Assembly: GCA_965140445.1 (NCBI GenBank)
Contig: OZ223236.1
Coordinates: forward strand, 3,072,001 to 3,136,000
Reading direction: 5' to 3'
DNA length: 64,000 nucleotides
Source of the DNA: Candidatus Ozemobacteraceae bacterium
Lineage (GTDB): Bacteria; Muiribacteriota; Ozemobacteria; Ozemobacterales; Ozemobacteraceae
In this document: positions 59,427-64,000 of the stretch, in pieces
Layout: each line of letters begins with the position of its first letter
How positions within the stretch are numbered: the first letter of the stretch is position 1
Translations under genes and position numbers: made by a program
Notes under the pieces: generated by a model
Told to the model about the DNA's origin: nothing
Database searches by the model: none
Seen by the model: only the letters and a program-made list of their open reading frames with translations

Positions 59427-59905
59427 TTTTATATTTCTCCCCTATTTCTAAGTGTCTATTTTAACATTAATGCTTGTTTTCCAGCATAGGAAAAAAATGA
59501 TAGTTACTGTTTAACTAGAGTGCTTTATCTTACAAAAGCTTTGGAAAAAAGAAATAATTGAGTAGAAATTCAGTAGATAACGTTTGCCCTATTTGGAGAT
59601 TCTAAAGGGAAAGTATTTTATGGGTTCAATATTAGAGAATGATGCCTGAAGGTTATGACTTCTCTGTAATATATTTTTCACAGTAATGACCCTGCTAGAA
59701 TTTAAGAACAACGAATTTTTTGTAGGCCGATAAGGCACTTCGAATTCTAAAATGTATTCTGACTCGGTTACTTAATTCTTAAAGGTATTTAAAGCTATTT
59801 TTGAAAAGGGCAATTCTAATTTTAAACAGGTTAAAAGGCGGGTGGGTTTTCAAAATGAAATGTAATATAATGGAAAAAATTAACACATGGTAGTTATTAT
59901 CAAGC

Positions 59906-60676
59906 ATGAAAATTGATAAAAGAATAGATTCAAATGTTGAAATTCTCGAAAAGACAGCGGAACTGAAAAAGCCTACAATCAAGAGCAAAATTTTTAGTTT
60001 TGTTCAGGTTTTTATTGTTTTTTGTATAATGCACGTTTCAATGCGATTCTTAAAACAATACACTGCTCTTGGAGGTATGGAGAAACAGTTTGGGTTAAAT
60101 TTTTCACCTGGAGTTTTAATGCTTCTTATTTCGTTCGTAGCTCTTCGCATTAAAAAAATTAGTTTTAAAGAGGCTGGTTTAAATCTGGATATTTGGCCCA
60201 AATCACCAAATTTGCCAACTAGATTGCACAAGATCTATGGAACCATTTTATTGTGCACGCTTTGGGTTTGGGTAATTATTAAAGGATTTAACTCTACTCA
60301 AGGTCCTTGGCTAACAATTCTTATCGCAAGTTGTCGATTTTTTGCTGTTGGTTTTGGTGAAGAAATATTCTTTCGTGGATACATTCAAACCACATTCAAT
60401 AAGCAGTTTTCTCTAAAGTTTGAATATCTGGGAGCTAAGTTTGGGTGGGGATTAATCTTAAGCTCATTTTTCTTTGGATTAATTCATGGGTTAAATACCG
60501 TAGACTACTTCAATGGAATATGGAATATTAGTTGGAGCTGGGGAATTGGAACTTTTTGTGTTGGACTTTTTTATGGGTATATTCGTGAAAGAAGTGGGGG
60601 ATGCTTTCTGGGAATTTTAATCCATGCCAGCCGAGGTCTGCTTTCTACTTTTATTCCGGTACCGGGACATATTTAA
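59906..60676 (+). CDS. CPBP (CAAX/Abi) intramembrane metalloprotease
   Basis: EEIFFRG, FFGLIH, ILIHA. Confidence 0.88.
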   Translation: MKIDKRIDSNVEILEKTAELKKPTIKSKIFSFVQVFIVFCIMHVSMRFLKQYTALGGMEKQFGLNFSPGVLMLLISFVALRIKKISFKEAGLNLDIWPKSPNLPTRLHKIYGTILLCTLWVWVIIKGFNSTQGPWLTILIASCRFFAVGFGEEIFFRGYIQTTFNKQFSLKFEYLGAKFGWGLILSSFFFGLIHGLNTVDYFNGIWNISWSWGIGTFCVGLFYGYIRERSGGCFLGILIHASRGLLSTFIPVPGHI

Positions 60677-60709
60677 AACTTCAGACTATCGATTTCCAAG
60701 GCTTTTAAG

Positions 60710-61957
60710 CTAGAACTTCCAGGGCATGCCGCCCGAGTATTCTATAGTTCGCTGAAAATCACTAAATGCCGGTTCGTTAGGCGCGAGAGGTTCTTTTGTA
60801 ACCATGTTTGCAAAAAGAGTATTGAGGTCGAAAACAAAATTGTTGTATTGATAACCCAGTGCCCAGCATGCGTAGACAAATCCTTCCTTTTCAAATAGTT
60901 GGAAGCTTCTTAAGGCAAAATCTTTTTCATGGGGCATTGTTTCAAGAAATTTGTTCCAGAGTTGTGTGGGAGTTTTTCTGCTATGGGCGATTTGCACAAG
61001 GTCTCTATTTATCTTGGCGGTTACCACTAATTTCGGAAACTCTTTTTTTATCAGGGCTAAGATCTTAGGATTAATAGGTTCCTGTAGCCATTCTCTAACT
61101 TTGTAAAGTCCAGACCATTCTGTTGTTATCAAAGGCAGATCAGTGTGTTTTTTCACATAAGCAATGATTCTGGGATAGTCCTTAAGTGATGTTTCCAGAA
61201 GGTGAATATCAACATAATCGCAATAAGTGTTTGAGATTTTGACGATCTCTCCGAGAAGCTTGATCTTGGGGTGTTCATGAAACTCCGGTATCATAGCGCC
61301 TTCAGAGGATAGCCGATCAACTGCTTGCCAGGTTGGAGAGCTAATTTTTAAATGGGAAAGCTTTGGATTGGAGCGTCTCAATTCGTCCACAGTTTTGGCG
61401 ACCTTGATCAACCACTTACCAGCTTTCGAAAATCCACCAGAATTACGCATTGTGTCATCAGTTCTGTATTGCCCGGGTCCCCCTAAACATTCGTTCTGAA
61501 GCGATATGACAGCAATCTGGTCACCAAAATCATTGAGAAAACGTTTTAGAAGTTGTAATACTCGTTCCCTATCTAATCCTTCTGGAACACGATCTATCAT
61601 AGAATTTGGGTCGATCCTGCCTTTAAAAATATCAATTCCCTTTTCAAGCAAAGACTTATCCTGGGGCCAACGTAAAGTAATGATCACGTCGACGCCAGAG
61701 CTTTTAAGGGTTTTAAGCTTTTGGAGTGGCTTGATTTGCCAAATTTGTTTCCCTGAATCCAGTTGTCTATAAATCTCCTGAATTTTATCGTCACTGACTA
61801 TAGCTCTTGTGACCTTTAGCTGCGCTTTTTTAAATAGTTCAGGGGTGGGAAGATAGAAAACTCCAAGTTTGGTTCTAGTTTTGGCCTGTAAAGAGCCTGG
61901 GGCGCTCAAGATTATGAATAAGAATAGGCAAGAAAGTAAGACAAAAAGCTTTCTCAT
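60710..61957 (-). CDS. Secreted putative glycoside hydrolase (clan GH-A-like)
   Basis: Signal peptide; LQNE, DYVDIH, PLITTEW. Confidence 0.55.
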   Translation of the reverse strand: MRKLFVLLSCLFLFIILSAPGSLQAKTRTKLGVFYLPTPELFKKAQLKVTRAIVSDDKIQEIYRQLDSGKQIWQIKPLQKLKTLKSSGVDVIITLRWPQDKSLLEKGIDIFKGRIDPNSMIDRVPEGLDRERVLQLLKRFLNDFGDQIAVISLQNECLGGPGQYRTDDTMRNSGGFSKAGKWLIKVAKTVDELRRSNPKLSHLKISSPTWQAVDRLSSEGAMIPEFHEHPKIKLLGEIVKISNTYCDYVDIHLLETSLKDYPRIIAYVKKHTDLPLITTEWSGLYKVREWLQEPINPKILALIKKEFPKLVVTAKINRDLVQIAHSRKTPTQLWNKFLETMPHEKDFALRSFQLFEKEGFVYACWALGYQYNNFVFDLNTLFANMVTKEPLAPNEPAFSDFQRTIEYSGGMPWKF

Positions 61958-62107
61958 TCAATTACCCCATAATCAATCTTTATTTATAGAATTTTAACAT
62001 TCTACAGGCATGTAAACAATCAGAGGTAGAAGTGAAAAACATCAATCCCTTTACTCCATAAAATGTTTGGGTTTTCTGTATTTTTCAAGGAACAAAACTT
62101 TGAAAGC

Positions 62108-62200
62108 TCAATTAGAACGGTTAGCCGATACCACTCTTAAATCTTGATCCAGAACAATTAAGGGTTCGCGTATAGTATTGATGATGCATTCAGCGTATTC
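62108..62200 (-). pseudogene. PAS-domain gene remnant
   Basis: EYAECIINTIREPLIVLDQDLRVVSANRS then stop. Confidence 0.6.
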
Positions 62201-62622
62201 CGAAGAATGAATGTTTGTTTGAAGACAAACTGTTAGTAGAATCGTTTTCTGAAAATTTAACTTCAAATTTTTTATAGGTACATCACTGTGTACTTCATTA
62301 AAAAAAATAGTTCTTGTTTGTCACCAGGAAAAAAACAGCTAAATTCAAAATTTTTTTTTTACTTACTTTTTGCAATAACTATGCAAACGTATATTAACAG
62401 ATGTTATGGGAAAGATTTATCAGGTGTTTTCTTCATGAAAATAGTAAGAATAGACTATTTGTTCCCGGTTCGGTCCTTGGTAAATTATAAATAATAGCAA
62501 CAAAAGCTTTTATAAAGAGAAAAATTTTGCAAGCCTGATAAAAAAAGGCCAACATAATTGACATAAGAGTGAGGAATAAAACCTCGAATTTTGATTTTAA
62601 AATTTTTAAGTGAGGAGAGAAT

Positions 62623-62781
62623 ATGGATAAATACAAATGCACAGTGTGTAGTTACGTGTATGATCCAGCCGAAGGCGACCCATTACAGGATATCGCTCCT
62701 GGAACAAATTTTGCTGATCTTCCTGATTCATGGGTTTGCCCTGAGTGCGGCGTTGGTAAGGATCTATTTGAAAAAGTTTGA
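62623..62781 (+). CDS. Rubredoxin (52 aa, not in ORF track)
   Basis: [19 protein letters not shown]...[32 protein letters not shown]. Confidence 0.96.
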   Translation: MDKYKCTVCSYVYDPAEGDPLQDIAPGTNFADLPDSWVCPECGVGKDLFEKV

Positions 62782-63143
62782 GGCCTTGTTCGCCAAGTTT
62801 ATAAGAAATCAAACTACTCATTAATAGGAAAATTAAACCTTCTTTTATCATGGACAAAAGGGATTGCTGATATAAAGTGTTGTCGGCAGTTCCTTTACCT
62901 TATTTAGACCAAAGTTATATTTGAAATAAAGAGACAAAATTTCAAATATATGGAATTACCGCTTTTTTTTCAAAACTATTTCATTCTATTTCTATTGCCT
63001 TTTCAAAATCTATTTAACTTTATTTCATAGTTAAAAAACTCTTAGAAATAAGGTTTTTAATGGTTAGTTACCACTATTGTAAAGATCCATTTGAAAGAGC
63101 AGTATTAGTTATAGTTTAAGAAAAATTAAGGTGGGAGGTCTTT

Positions 63144-63689
63144 ATGAAAAAATTCTCTGTTTTACTAATTTTGGCTTTGTTCGTAGGATTAGTTGCTGAA
63201 TCTGCTTCGGCAGGTTTGTTTAGTCGCCATCGTCGCAGCGGCCGGGCCAATGCCCAATTATTGATAAAAAGCATGATCTCAAAAGATCCAGGCATGCAGA
63301 AAGTTTTTGATAATGCTGTGGGGTGGGCGGTCTTTCCTAAAATCAGGAAGGCTGGCATGGGAATTGGCGGCGCCAGCGGGGATGGAAACGTTTACCGAAA
63401 AAATACCTTTATTGGTACAGCCACCATGACCCAGATTTCTGTTGGTTTTCAATTGGGTGGCCAGGTTTACGGCGAAATACTATTCTTTAAAGACGATTAT
63501 ACTCTGGAAAAATTTAAAGAAGGAAAGTTCGAGCTTGGAGCAAATGTTTCAGCGATAGTTTTTGATGTGGGAGTAGCAGAAACCGCTGATTACAAAGATG
63601 GCACCATGATTTTTATCGTTCCTCAAGCTGGTTTGATGTATGAAGCAACTATCAGTGGACAGAACTTCACTTTTAAAGGAAAAAAGTAA
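63144..63689 (+). CDS. SYLF/Ysc84 lipid-binding domain exported protein
   Basis: AVFPKIRKAGMGIGGASGDG, SVGFQLGGQ, GLMYEATISGQ. Confidence 0.88.
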   Translation: MKKFSVLLILALFVGLVAESASAGLFSRHRRSGRANAQLLIKSMISKDPGMQKVFDNAVGWAVFPKIRKAGMGIGGASGDGNVYRKNTFIGTATMTQISVGFQLGGQVYGEILFFKDDYTLEKFKEGKFELGANVSAIVFDVGVAETADYKDGTMIFIVPQAGLMYEATISGQNFTFKGKK

Positions 63690-63712
63690 CTCAGTAAATG
63701 TGTCTATAAAGA

Positions 63713-63741
63713 AAACCGCATAATCGAAAATTATGCGGTTT
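63713..63741. terminator. Intrinsic terminator
   Basis: AAACCGCATAAT-CGAAA-ATTATGCGGTTT followed by a T run. Confidence 0.8.
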
Positions 63742-63860
63742 ATTTTTTTTAGTTATAATTATCTAATATGCCAAGAGCTTTATCTAAATTTGCAATTAAA
63801 TCATATTACTTGTTGATGAAGAGTTTTAAAGCGTCGATTCTGATCCTTCACAAACTTGTT

Positions 63861-64000
63861 TTATTTTCCAGTCTCTGCTGTTTTTTCTTTTGAAACAGAT
63901 TTTGTTTCTTCAGTTTTGGAATTGATTGAAGTTTTCTGATTAGACTCTTCGTTCCAGTAGCCGGGGCGACCAAAATGCTCGTGATACTGAGCTTCATAAT
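63861..64000 (-). CDS. C-terminal end of a gene, possibly a PRC-barrel protein (partial)
   Basis: YEAQYHEHFGRPGYWNEE...TAETGK stop; resembles PRC-barrel protein C-termini. Confidence 0.45.
   Translation of the reverse strand, partial: YEAQYHEHFGRPGYWNEESNQKTSINSKTEETKSVSKEKTAETGK

Noticed and set aside
59906..60676. CPBP 'Abi' protein as an abortive-infection gene
   Set aside because: The Abi label for this family is a historical misnomer; it is an intramembrane protease
530..61772. Numerous 60-140-aa ORFs nested in or antisense to long genes
   Set aside because: No independent RBS or motifs; expected shadow ORFs
62591..62857. 77-aa and 83-aa ORFs
   Set aside because: Shadow frames of the rubredoxin gene
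1..64000. CRISPR array, rRNA, prophage, integrase/transposase, riboswitch
   Set aside because: No regularly spaced repeats, no recognisable rRNA or phage genes, no recombinase motifs and no convincing aptamer consensus in the intergenic gaps, by eye

Overview
AT-rich bacterial chromosome window, probably from an anaerobic diderm (many signal peptides, lipoprotein, prepilins, rubredoxin). Gene style is reminiscent of Candidatus Riflebacteria, but this is an unverified impression. Bases 1-46300 are densely packed core-like genes: lon-yihA, a diverged glyS-like gene, glycosylation genes, two ECF sigma/anti-sigma pairs, minor pilins, degP, aconitase, c-di-GMP proteins and transporters. They include several apparent pseudoenzymes (a subtilase lacking its whole catalytic triad, two degenerate GGDEF domains, a GlyS-like paralog) and an unusual AbiEi-TPR-wHTH fusion. 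Downstream of tRNA-Asn(GTT) at 46348-46419 lies a mosaic accessory region. It holds an IS3-like terminal-repeat remnant, two MNT antitoxins with broken or replaced partners, a higBA-like toxin-antitoxin (TA) pair followed by an integron attC-like site, gene remnants, and a two-gene operon encoding a PIN nuclease plus a large alpha-solenoid protein. That operon is the best candidate for an undescribed anti-phage system. No CRISPR array, rRNA, integrase or prophage was seen.
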